Assembly (NCBI GenBank): GCA_965199495.1
Contig: CBDASK010000003.1
Coordinates: 1,216,001-1,280,000 of the forward strand
Direction: 5' to 3'
Origin: Abditibacterium sp.
GTDB taxonomy: Bacteria > Armatimonadota > Abditibacteriia > Abditibacteriales > Abditibacteriaceae
DNA: 64,000 nucleotides
Each line of letters starts with the position of its first letter. Position 1 is the first letter of the stretch. The notes beneath the pieces are model-generated. The model did no database searches. It was given only the letters and a program-made list of their open reading frames with translations, and was not told the DNA's origin. Both the position numbers and the translations under genes were made by a program. This document shows positions 56,802 through 64,000 of the stretch, in pieces.

Positions 56802-58063
56802 TCCAAACGCAAAACTCGGTTACCAGCGCGCAATTCGCCCAGCGTCGTTTCGAGCCAGCGCAACCACGAAATCACCGAAATCGCGCGCCGAGGAACAGTG
56901 TCGCCTGTTAGTGAAGTGTGTTTGTCAATCGAAGCAGCCACGGCGGCTTTGTTAATTGTGCCATCGCCCTTTAGCGCGCTTTCGAGGGCGCAGCGAATCA
57001 CCGGTTGGCGCAGCAGATTGGCGATCATTTTCTCTTGCCGCTCGCCCGCCGAAAGTTCGATATACGCGCGGCCTTCGTCGGTCAAATTGTAGCCCTGAAT
57101 CAAACCCATTTGCTCGGCGGCGCGGCGATAATAACTGCTCTGGCGCTCCGAGAAATCGAAGGCGCCCGCGATTTTTCCGCTATCGTCACAGCCCGCCGAG
57201 ACTTGCAACGGGAAGTCAATGACTTTGGCGAAATCATCGGCTTGCGGCACTTCCCACGGCTGCGTTGTGGCCACGACGGGCGTAATTTTGAGCCATTCGC
57301 CCAATGTGCGCGGTTTGTTTTCAGGAAAATGGACGCGGAAATGTTGGCTACTGCAAACCTCAATCGAGCGATATTGCTGCGGGTCGGCAAAGCGATATTC
57401 GTGAAACGAATTGACGCCGCTCGTGCCGTTGTAATTGAAGAAAAACAGTCGCACGCGTTTGCCGAAACGCTCCAGATAAACCCGATAAGGAAAGTAAATC
57501 TGGCGAATTAAAAAGTCTTGCGGCGTCGTATTTTTCGCCTCGAACAAAATGATTTCGTCGCGCGTTTCGTAGCCTTGGTCAACTTCGTATTGAATGCCTC
57601 GCGCCGAAAATTCGCCCAAATCGCCGACGCGATAATCGAAATGCGGCGCGAAACGGCGCCCGCGAATCGTCGCAAAAATCTCGTCTGTCCCGATAATTTG
57701 CTCGATGAGTTTGCACTGAAACAACCGATCTAACTGGCTCATTTCGCTGGTCGCATCGCGCAGCGAAACCAAGGGAAACGGAAATTTCGCATCGAAATCT
57801 TCAACATCGGCGCTCTTAATCGGTGGCAAATCGCAGTAACCGTCTTCGCGCAATAAAAGATATGAACCGTTGGTTTCGGGCAGCAAAAACAAGCCGTTTT
57901 CGCGCAACGCTTCGGGCCGCGCGCCGCGCGCGTCGAACTTGGTCATCAGCCGTGGCTCCTGTCCGAGCGCCTTGAAATCCGCCGAACACAAGCGATTGAC
58001 CGGGCGCGATAAATCAATCAAATTGGACGCGACAATCTGTTTCCAAGCTTGATCGCGCGTCAT
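56798..58063 (-). CDS. Putative type II restriction endonuclease
   Basis: EPRLMTKFD, QYEVDQGYE...ILFEAKN..DFLIRQIYFPYR, VPQADDF, RQSSYY, T..RRA.SV.SW; GAGGTG RBS; directly downstream of a methyltransferase. Confidence 0.75.
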   Translation of the reverse strand: MTRDQAWKQIVASNLIDLSRPVNRLCSADFKALGQEPRLMTKFDARGARPEALRENGLFLLPETNGSYLLLREDGYCDLPPIKSADVEDFDAKFPFPLVSLRDATSEMSQLDRLFQCKLIEQIIGTDEIFATIRGRRFAPHFDYRVGDLGEFSARGIQYEVDQGYETRDEIILFEAKNTTPQDFLIRQIYFPYRVYLERFGKRVRLFFFNYNGTSGVNSFHEYRFADPQQYRSIEVCSSQHFRVHFPENKPRTLGEWLKITPVVATTQPWEVPQADDFAKVIDFPLQVSAGCDDSGKIAGAFDFSERQSSYYRRAAEQMGLIQGYNLTDEGRAYIELSAGERQEKMIANLLRQPVIRCALESALKGDGTINKAAVAASIDKHTSLTGDTVPRRAISVISWLRWLETTLGELRAGNRVLRLE

Positions 58064-59057
58064 AAATAGCACCTCGAATTAACAAGTAATACGACGGAAA
58101 GATAAACGATAATAAGTAAGATAACCATTTACCCCCCCCCCCCCCCCCCGTCACATTATTATTACATAAAGCGCGAGTTTTCAAGGTTTCGTCTTCCATG
58201 CGTTTTTGTCCTAATTCGAGATATTCGCTTTCCAATTCAAAGCCGACGAAGCGGCGGCCCAGACGAGCAGCCACGGCGCCGGTGGTAGCGCTGCCGCAAA
58301 ACGGATCGAGAATTAAATCGCCGGGTTGGCTCGATGAGCGAATGATGCGGTCGAGCAAGATTTCAGGTTTTTGCGTGGGATGTTTGCCGAAGCGTTTTTC
58401 CCATTTCGCGGGCGCCGGAAGTTTCCAGACCGATTGCATTTGTTTGTCGCCGTTGTCGCGTTTCATGGCGGCGTAGTCGAAATAATGTTTGGCTTTGGGA
58501 GTTTTGCGCGCCCACAACAAAGTTTCGTGCGCGTGCGTGAAATAGCGACACGCCAGATGCGGCGGCGGATTGGTTTTGTGCCACGCGATGTCGTTGAGAA
58601 TTTTGAAGCCCAAAGTTTGCAGCGCGAAGCCGACGCTGAAAATGTTGTGATTGGTGCCCGAAACCCAGATCGCGCCGTTGGGCTTGAGCAGACGGTGACA
58701 CTCGCGCAGCCAGTTCATATTAAAAGCGTGAATCTGCTCGAAAGTCGCGGTTTTGTCCCACTCGCCTTTGTCCACCGAAACCATGCGCCCGTTTTGGCAG
58801 GTGATGCCGCCGCTCGACAGAAAATAGGGCGGATCGGCGAAAATCAAATCGAAGGTTTCGGCTTTAGCGCGGTGCAAAAGTTCGAGTGCGTCTCCCTGAT
58901 ACAAACGCAAGCCACGGCGCGCGTCGAGCCAATGCGGTTCGGGATTGTTTTGTGCGACGGCGGCTTTGATTTCGGGCGCGAGATTGGAATATGGCTCGAA
59001 TAGCGTGACGGAAAGTCCGAGATCGGGATGAATTTGGGTTTGGGGCGAATTGGGCAA
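58014..59057 (-). CDS. Beta-class N6-adenine DNA methyltransferase, DpnA (M2.DpnII)-like
   Basis: IFADPPYFLSSGG.T...G.MVSVDKGEWD, HPTQKP, ILDPFCGS.TT (motif IV precedes motif I); 3' end runs through a G18 tract. Confidence 0.9.
   Translation of the reverse strand: MPNSPQTQIHPDLGLSVTLFEPYSNLAPEIKAAVAQNNPEPHWLDARRGLRLYQGDALELLHRAKAETFDLIFADPPYFLSSGGITCQNGRMVSVDKGEWDKTATFEQIHAFNMNWLRECHRLLKPNGAIWVSGTNHNIFSVGFALQTLGFKILNDIAWHKTNPPPHLACRYFTHAHETLLWARKTPKAKHYFDYAAMKRDNGDKQMQSVWKLPAPAKWEKRFGKHPTQKPEILLDRIIRSSSQPGDLILDPFCGSATTGAVAARLGRRFVGFELESEYLELGQKRMEDETLKTRALCNNNVTGGGGGGKWLSYLLSFIFPSYYLLIRGAIYDARSSLETDCRVQFD
58132..58149 (-). repeat. G18 homopolymer (C18 on the + strand)
   Basis: 18 consecutive C at 58132-58149 in AT-rich flanks. 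Confidence 0.85.
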
Positions 59058-59103
59058 GACGATCTGATCGTATCAGGATCGGGCGGGTTTGATCAAGGTT
59101 TGC

Positions 59104-59258
59104 ACAAACTCAATTGACCACAAAAACACAGAAATCACAAAAGGCACAAAAAAGACAAAAGGTTTTGAAGAACAATTTTCACTAAGAAAGTTCATCAAGC
59201 TATTTTGAATTTTTGTGCCTTTTGTGATTTCTGTGTTTTTGTGGTCGATTGAGTTTGT
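59104..59258. repeat. Long inverted repeat built from about 9-bp CACARARRN units
   Basis: 49-bp arms 59104-59152 and 59210-59258 with 1 mismatch. Confidence 0.9.
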
Positions 59259-59300
59259 CGTTCTCACCACGGCACAATGTTAGCTCAATTGTAATGTGCT

Positions 59301-59744
59301 ATGACACCTATTGACGTAATCGCTGGCCAACTCGACTGGGCCAACAAGAACATTTGCAACAACATTGACTTCATTCCCGAAGACAAATTTGGTTGGAAAC
59401 CCGCGCCGACCGCCAAATCGCCGCTCGAAATCGTGAAGCACATGACGCAAACGCTCAACATGATGACTTCGGGCGTAACTGGCGAACCGAAAAAAGATTT
59501 GCCAGAAGTCACCAACCGCGAAGAATCGAAACAACTCATCAACCAGATGATTCAAAATCACGTCGCGAAAATTCGTGGTTTGTCGGACGCGCAGATGCAA
59601 GGAACAGCGCATCTCGAAATCGGCGATTTCCCGATGGGCATGGCGGTCGGAATGCCAGTCATCGAGTGCATCAACCATCACGGCCAGTTCACCTATATCG
59701 AAACGTTGCTGGGCGACGACGAAAGTCATTTGCTGTTGAAGTGA
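59301..59744 (+). CDS. DinB-family protein
   Basis: IPEDKFGWKP...KS..EIVKH ... HHGQF..Y..LLG. Confidence 0.85.
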   Translation: MTPIDVIAGQLDWANKNICNNIDFIPEDKFGWKPAPTAKSPLEIVKHMTQTLNMMTSGVTGEPKKDLPEVTNREESKQLINQMIQNHVAKIRGLSDAQMQGTAHLEIGDFPMGMAVGMPVIECINHHGQFTYIETLLGDDESHLLLK

Positions 59745-59757
59745 GTTTGTATCAATG

Positions 59758-59796
59758 AAAAAGCGCGCGAACCGATTTGGGTTCGCGCGCTTTTTT
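59758..59796. terminator. Bidirectional intrinsic terminator
   Basis: AAAAAGCGCGCGAACC-loop-GGTTCGCGCGCTTTTT between convergent genes. Confidence 0.85.
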
Positions 59797-59808
59797 GTGT
59801 TTCAATTT

Positions 59809-61137
59809 TTATTTCAGGTTGAGTTGGTCTACGATGCGAAAACCCGGCGCGCTTTTACGCGCGATTGCGATGGCCAGGTCTCTCTGCGCCTTAGTTTTCG
59901 TCGTGCCACGCAGAACGACAGTTTTATTGTCGAGCGTTGTATCAACATTAATCTGTGAACCGCGCAACGCGGCATTCGCGGCCAAAGCGGTTTTAATTCT
60001 GGGCGTCACAACTGCCGCGTTTGCCGAGTTGCCATTGAATTTGCGTTTGCCGAAATCAAACGGCGGCGCGAATTGGTCGCTCAGAGCGCGGATGCGAAGC
60101 CAATCGGTTTCGCGTTCGCGCTTGACGTGGCCGTCGAGATAAGCCACGGCGCGCGTGCCATCGGGCGCGGGCGAGGCTTCGTAGAAAGCGACGATTTGTG
60201 AGACAGCATCAAGGCTTGCCAGAGCGCGTCCCGATAGGTTGAGATTGGGCCGATAAATCTCGCGCGTCGTTGGGTGCGCGAAAAGTTCTTGAGCTTTCAT
60301 ATACGGCCCCAAGACCTGTTGAACAGTGCCCTGATTCATTCCATAGACATCTACCTTTTTGATGTCAGCCATGCTTTGCGACGAGCGCATCGGCGGCAAT
60401 TTTTCGTCGTAATCTTGCGTATATTGCAGCAACGCCAGACCGATTTGTTTGAGATCGGAATCCACGCGACGATTGATGGCATCGCCGGTCAACTGCGCGC
60501 GCGCGGCTAACGCTTGTTTGTCCGCGCGCACTTTATCGGTTTCTGTGACGACTTTAATTAAATCGGTTTTCGGCTCGAACGCGCGAATATCGCCCAAACC
60601 GTCAATTGTGCGCACGTTGAGCAAACACAAATGGAGAGTTTGCGTCGAGAACAGGTGCAAATATCCGTCTGTCGCCTCCGAATCTTCAAATGATTCTGAC
60701 AAGAGATACTGGTCTGGATTTGTCGAATTAGTCGCGACATCCACATCGCTGGCATTTTCAATGGCGCTGTAAGGTGGACGATTAAAAAGGCGCGTGCGAT
60801 AAGTGACCAGAAAAGTTTCGTCGCCAACCGTGAGCGTTTCACCTTGCGTCAGATAAGAATAAGCATTGCCATCTTCGCTTGCTTCGGACGCAAATTTAAA
60901 GTTGGTATCGAGCGATTTACTGATTTTAAACCGCCGCCAACTCCCATCCAATTCTTGCGTCGAAAGTGTGAGCGGCGTATTTCCGTTCGCCAACGCCGCT
61001 TGCAACGGCGCCGTGGCTGCATTGTCGGCGGCGGCACCGAAAGCGGCGTTTTGCGCCCAAACCGGCGCGACAAAAGAAAGTCCGGCGCCCAACAAAAGTG
61101 TGGAGCGCGCGGCGCTGGTGCGAGTGAGAAATAACAC
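59809..61137 (-). CDS. Secreted protein with DUF1559-like (H-X9-DG-type) domain and C-terminal BON domain
   Basis: Signal peptide ending VWA-Q; SDLKQIGLALLQYTQDYDEKLP; AYLDGHVK; TPRIKTAL...INVDT...VVLRG...IVDQL. Confidence 0.75.
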   Translation of the reverse strand: MLFLTRTSAARSTLLLGAGLSFVAPVWAQNAAFGAAADNAATAPLQAALANGNTPLTLSTQELDGSWRRFKISKSLDTNFKFASEASEDGNAYSYLTQGETLTVGDETFLVTYRTRLFNRPPYSAIENASDVDVATNSTNPDQYLLSESFEDSEATDGYLHLFSTQTLHLCLLNVRTIDGLGDIRAFEPKTDLIKVVTETDKVRADKQALAARAQLTGDAINRRVDSDLKQIGLALLQYTQDYDEKLPPMRSSQSMADIKKVDVYGMNQGTVQQVLGPYMKAQELFAHPTTREIYRPNLNLSGRALASLDAVSQIVAFYEASPAPDGTRAVAYLDGHVKRERETDWLRIRALSDQFAPPFDFGKRKFNGNSANAAVVTPRIKTALAANAALRGSQINVDTTLDNKTVVLRGTTKTKAQRDLAIAIARKSAPGFRIVDQLNLK

Positions 61138-61170
61138 ACCAATTATTTTATTTGTTTATAAAAGAGTGCG

Positions 61171-61635
61171 TCAGGGAATTTCGACGCGCAAAACATCTTT
61201 CGACGGCAACGTTCCCGCGTGCGTGGCGATACGTTTGAAGCGTTTGTAGCGAATCGAATAATACGGCACGCCGTTGCGCGGCGCGTAATAATAAGCCAGC
61301 TTTTTGAATTCGGCGGCACTCGCGCGCCACACTTCGCCGTCGTCCACTGCGCTGAGAAATACGCCCCACACTTCGCCGACGCGTTCGAGCGATTTGGCCG
61401 AAACCTGAATCGGCGCCTGATAGCTTTTGGCGCACTTGATAATTATGGGCGTGCGCTCCCACATTCCTTCGTTGATGGCGCGATTGCGGCTCATCTTGAC
61501 GCCATAACGCCGCCCGACCAAACGCGCCAACCGTCGCCCCCACATCGTCGGCGCCTGATTCACCTCAGCATCGCGAATGCGCTCGGCGGTTGCATTGACA
61601 GAATTAAGCGAGCGTTTGGCAAGTTCGTCGGACAT
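61171..61635 (-). CDS. Hypothetical basic protein
   Basis: 154-aa ORF in operon-like orientation; IIIKCAKS could be a degenerate nuclease motif (weak). Confidence 0.55.
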   Translation of the reverse strand: MSDELAKRSLNSVNATAERIRDAEVNQAPTMWGRRLARLVGRRYGVKMSRNRAINEGMWERTPIIIKCAKSYQAPIQVSAKSLERVGEVWGVFLSAVDDGEVWRASAAEFKKLAYYYAPRNGVPYYSIRYKRFKRIATHAGTLPSKDVLRVEIP

Positions 61636-61665
61636 AATAATTTTAGCGGCGCTCTCAATTATAAT

Positions 61666-62181
61666 TCAATCAGCAGCTTTCTCGAAATGGTGATAATCAA
61701 GCAAACTCGTCCAGCGCCCGCCCCACTGCCAACCATGTTTTTCAAAGGCGCGCACCACGATTCTGTCAGCTAACAACGTGCCCGGCGTGGCTTCATCGTA
61801 GCGCGCGCCCGACGGCAAAATTAAATCGCTGTTGATATACGGATTTTGTCGCGGATTGATGTCAACCGCGCAGCCTTGGGCGTGCGCCGAAAGCTCGGTT
61901 TTGCCGACTTTGACGCGATAATTAAATCCGCTGCAATTGTTGGCTTCCATTGAAGCGTCGTCGCTCCAATTATAAACAACGAGCGGCACAATTTGCGCGA
62001 TAGGAAAACCGTAAATTTCGGCAAATATCGCGGCCACATCAGCAGCCACGTCGCGGGCAACGACGATTTGGCCGATTTGATTTGCGCCCTCGAAATCAAC
62101 GAACGGCACATCGAGCAAGGTTTGATTCGACAGGATTTCCGGCGGCGCGGCGCTTCCTTTTAAGGCTTCATCTAACGTCAT
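61666..62181 (-). CDS. M15-family metallopeptidase (peptidoglycan carboxy/endopeptidase)
   Basis: FNYR, LSAHAQGCAVDINP, GWQWGGRW, DYHHFE. Confidence 0.9.
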   Translation of the reverse strand: MTLDEALKGSAAPPEILSNQTLLDVPFVDFEGANQIGQIVVARDVAADVAAIFAEIYGFPIAQIVPLVVYNWSDDASMEANNCSGFNYRVKVGKTELSAHAQGCAVDINPRQNPYINSDLILPSGARYDEATPGTLLADRIVVRAFEKHGWQWGGRWTSLLDYHHFEKAAD

Positions 62182-62200
62182 GGCTTAGTTTTACAGCATC

Positions 62201-62299
62201 TCGTAGAGACACCGATTTATCGCGTCTAAAACGTCAATGAACCCGCGAACTCAACAGCAATTCTCCTGTTTTAGACGCGATAAATCGGCGTCTCTACGA
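62201..62299. repeat. REPIN (GTAG-type REP pair) supplying the rnc stop codon
   Basis: 32-bp arms 62201-62232 and 62268-62299 with 1 mismatch; GTAGAGACRCCGATTTATCGCGTCT. Confidence 0.9.
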
Positions 62300-62965
62300 A
62301 GTTTGCGGCAAATCTTGGAGCGCCGCCAATGCCGCCGCTTCTTCGGCAGATTTTTTGGAGTTGCCCTGCCCACGCCCGCGTTTTTCGTCCATCAGAAAAA
62401 CTTCGCTCGAAAAAAAGTGACGCTTGGGCGAAACCTGCGCGGTTTGGTAAGTCGGCGTGCCCAAACCCATCGCCTGCGAGCGTTCCTGTAACAAACTTTT
62501 GGCCGGAACCAGCGAGGCCGGATCGGTATGAAGTTCTGGCTCTAAAACCTTCAAGACAAAAGCGCGCGTCGTTTCCCAACCGTTGGCGAGGAACAGCGCG
62601 CCTACCAAGGCTTCAAACGCATCGGACAAATTGGATTCGCGATTGGCGCCGCCCGCCGGGCCTTCGCCGCGCCCAAATGTTAAATGCGACCCCAAATCAA
62701 TGCGCCGCGCCGCGTTGGCCAGAGCATCGCGCCGCACGCACGCGATTTTGCGCGCCGTCAGTTCGCCTTCGGGCAACTGCGATTCGGATTGGTAGAAATA
62801 CGACGCGACGATGGCGCCAACCAACGAATCGCCCAAAAATTCCAAGCGCTGATTCGATTTCAAAGTGCGTTCCAAACCTTCGCCGACCGCCGAGGGATGC
62901 GTCAAAGCCAAATCGAGCAAATCGTCGGGAATGCTGAGGCCGAGGAGCGCGAGGAGCGGGTGCAT
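62294..62965 (-). CDS. rnc: Ribonuclease III
   Basis: ALTHPS, NQRLEFLGDS, DAFEALVGA, dsRBD KSLLQE...SKKSAE. Confidence 0.95.
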   Translation of the reverse strand: MHPLLALLGLSIPDDLLDLALTHPSAVGEGLERTLKSNQRLEFLGDSLVGAIVASYFYQSESQLPEGELTARKIACVRRDALANAARRIDLGSHLTFGRGEGPAGGANRESNLSDAFEALVGALFLANGWETTRAFVLKVLEPELHTDPASLVPAKSLLQERSQAMGLGTPTYQTAQVSPKRHFFSSEVFLMDEKRGRGQGNSKKSAEEAAALAALQDLPQTS

Positions 62966-62970
62966 ATATC

Positions 62971-63090
62971 AGGAACAAGGAGCAAGGGACAGGGAACAAG
63001 GAGTTGTAGCAAGTGAAACGTTAGGGAAAGAACTCGCCTTTCAATCTCTTTACTCTCCCTTGTCTCTTGCTTCTTGCCACTTGTTCCCTA
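62971..63090. repeat. Heptamer-array inverted element
   Basis: AGGAACA AGGAGCA AGGGACA GGGAACA ... TGTCTCT TGCTTCT TGCCACT TGTTCCC. Confidence 0.7.
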
Positions 63091-64000
63091 CTCGCCCGTC
63101 CAACGCTTCAACACCAGAGCGGCGTAGTGCCCGCCAAAGCCGGTCGCGTTATTCACGACGACATTGATATTGCCTTCGCGCGCCTCGTTGGGCACGTAAT
63201 CCAAATCGCAGTCGGCGTCGTGGTTGAACTGATTGATCGTCGGCGGCAAAATTTGGGTTTGCATCGCTTTGACGCACGCGATAGTTTCAATGGCGCTGGT
63301 GCCGCCCAACGCGTGGCCGATTTGCGATTTGGTGCTCGAAACCGGGATTTTGTAGGCGCGGTCGCCAAACACGTTTTTAATCGCCAATGTCTCGACCGGA
63401 TCGTTGGTCGGCGTCGAAGTGCCGTGCGCGTTGATATAATCCACCTTATCGCGTTCGATACCGGAATTAGCTAACGCCATTTCCATGCAGCGCGTGTAGC
63501 CCGAACCGTCTTCGCGCATGCCGGTCATGTGATAGGCTTCGCCCGCCCAGCCGTGGCCGAGCATTTCGCCGTAAATTGTGGCGCCGCGAGCCTTGGCGTG
63601 TTCGAGTTCTTCCAAAATCAACGCGCCGCCGCCCTCGCCGATAACGAAGCCATCGCGGTCACGGTCGAAAGGACGTGAGGCGGTTTTGTAATCGTCGTTG
63701 CGGCGCGAGAGCGCGCGCATATTGGCGAAACCAGCCACGCCCAAATGAGTAATCGGCGCTTCGCTGCCGCCCGCGATCATCGCGTCGGCCTGACCGTTGA
63801 CGATGAACTCGTAGGCCGCGCCCAAAGCGTGCGCCGACGAAGTGCAGGCCGAGACGGTGGCTGTATTGGGGCCGCGCGCGCCGGTGCGAATCGAAACGTG
63901 ACCGGCGGCCATGTTGGGAATCATCATCGGAATTAGAAGCGGCGAAACGCGGTCGGGGCCACCGGCGATGAAGCGTTGGTATTGGTCTTCCCACGTCTGC
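63088..64000 (-). CDS. fabF: 3-oxoacyl-ACP synthase II (5' part outside the window)
   Basis: SAC catalytic Cys, ASRPFD.DRDGFV.GEG, YINAHGTST, SSTKSQIGH, GFGG. Confidence 0.95.
   Translation of the reverse strand, partial: QTWEDQYQRFIAGGPDRVSPLLIPMMIPNMAAGHVSIRTGARGPNTATVSACTSSAHALGAAYEFIVNGQADAMIAGGSEAPITHLGVAGFANMRALSRRNDDYKTASRPFDRDRDGFVIGEGGGALILEELEHAKARGATIYGEMLGHGWAGEAYHMTGMREDGSGYTRCMEMALANSGIERDKVDYINAHGTSTPTNDPVETLAIKNVFGDRAYKIPVSSTKSQIGHALGGTSAIETIACVKAMQTQILPPTINQFNHDADCDLDYVPNEAREGNINVVVNNATGFGGHYAALVLKRWTGE

Noticed and set aside
58014..58149. Methyltransferase-nuclease fusion through G-tract frameshift
   Set aside because: The nuclease frame has a TAA at 58081-58079, between the tract and its ATG, so no tract length gives a fusion.
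49191..62181. VanW, alanine racemase and M15 peptidase as a glycopeptide-resistance cluster
   Set aside because: The genes are dispersed, and there is no vanA/B ligase, vanH or vanRS.

Overview
The window has two parts. (1) About 1-38.3 kb is a genomic-island-like accessory region whose left end and integrase are not in view. It holds a Zn-finger/TOPRIM-like/AAA_25 primase-helicase, several XRE regulators, membrane accessory genes and a lexA-imuB-DUF6504-dnaE2 mutagenesis cassette. Divergent from lexA lies an essentially complete Dpd 7-deazaguanine DNA modification/restriction cluster (dpdE-F-G-H-I-J-K-D, XRE, dpdC-like, dpdA, dpdB) without preQ0 synthesis genes. The region ends just downstream of an intact comM. 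(2) About 38.3-64 kb looks like host chromosome: comM, padR, yraN, rnd, alr, rnc, fabF and others. The DUF1559-type protein suggests Armatimonadota/Abditibacteriota, which is inference only. The best candidate for an undescribed system is an operon-like run of a Tes/GDGT-MAS-like radical SAM enzyme, an atypical Lgt-like protein, four tandem zinc-ribbon two-TM paralogues, a small membrane protein and VanW (45.1-50.0 kb). Also notable are a DpnA-type methyltransferase/two-nuclease operon with a G18 tract at the methyltransferase-nuclease junction (possible phase variation), and four families of miniature inverted-repeat elements seen only on the host side. All family calls come from motif recognition by eye; no database searches were run.
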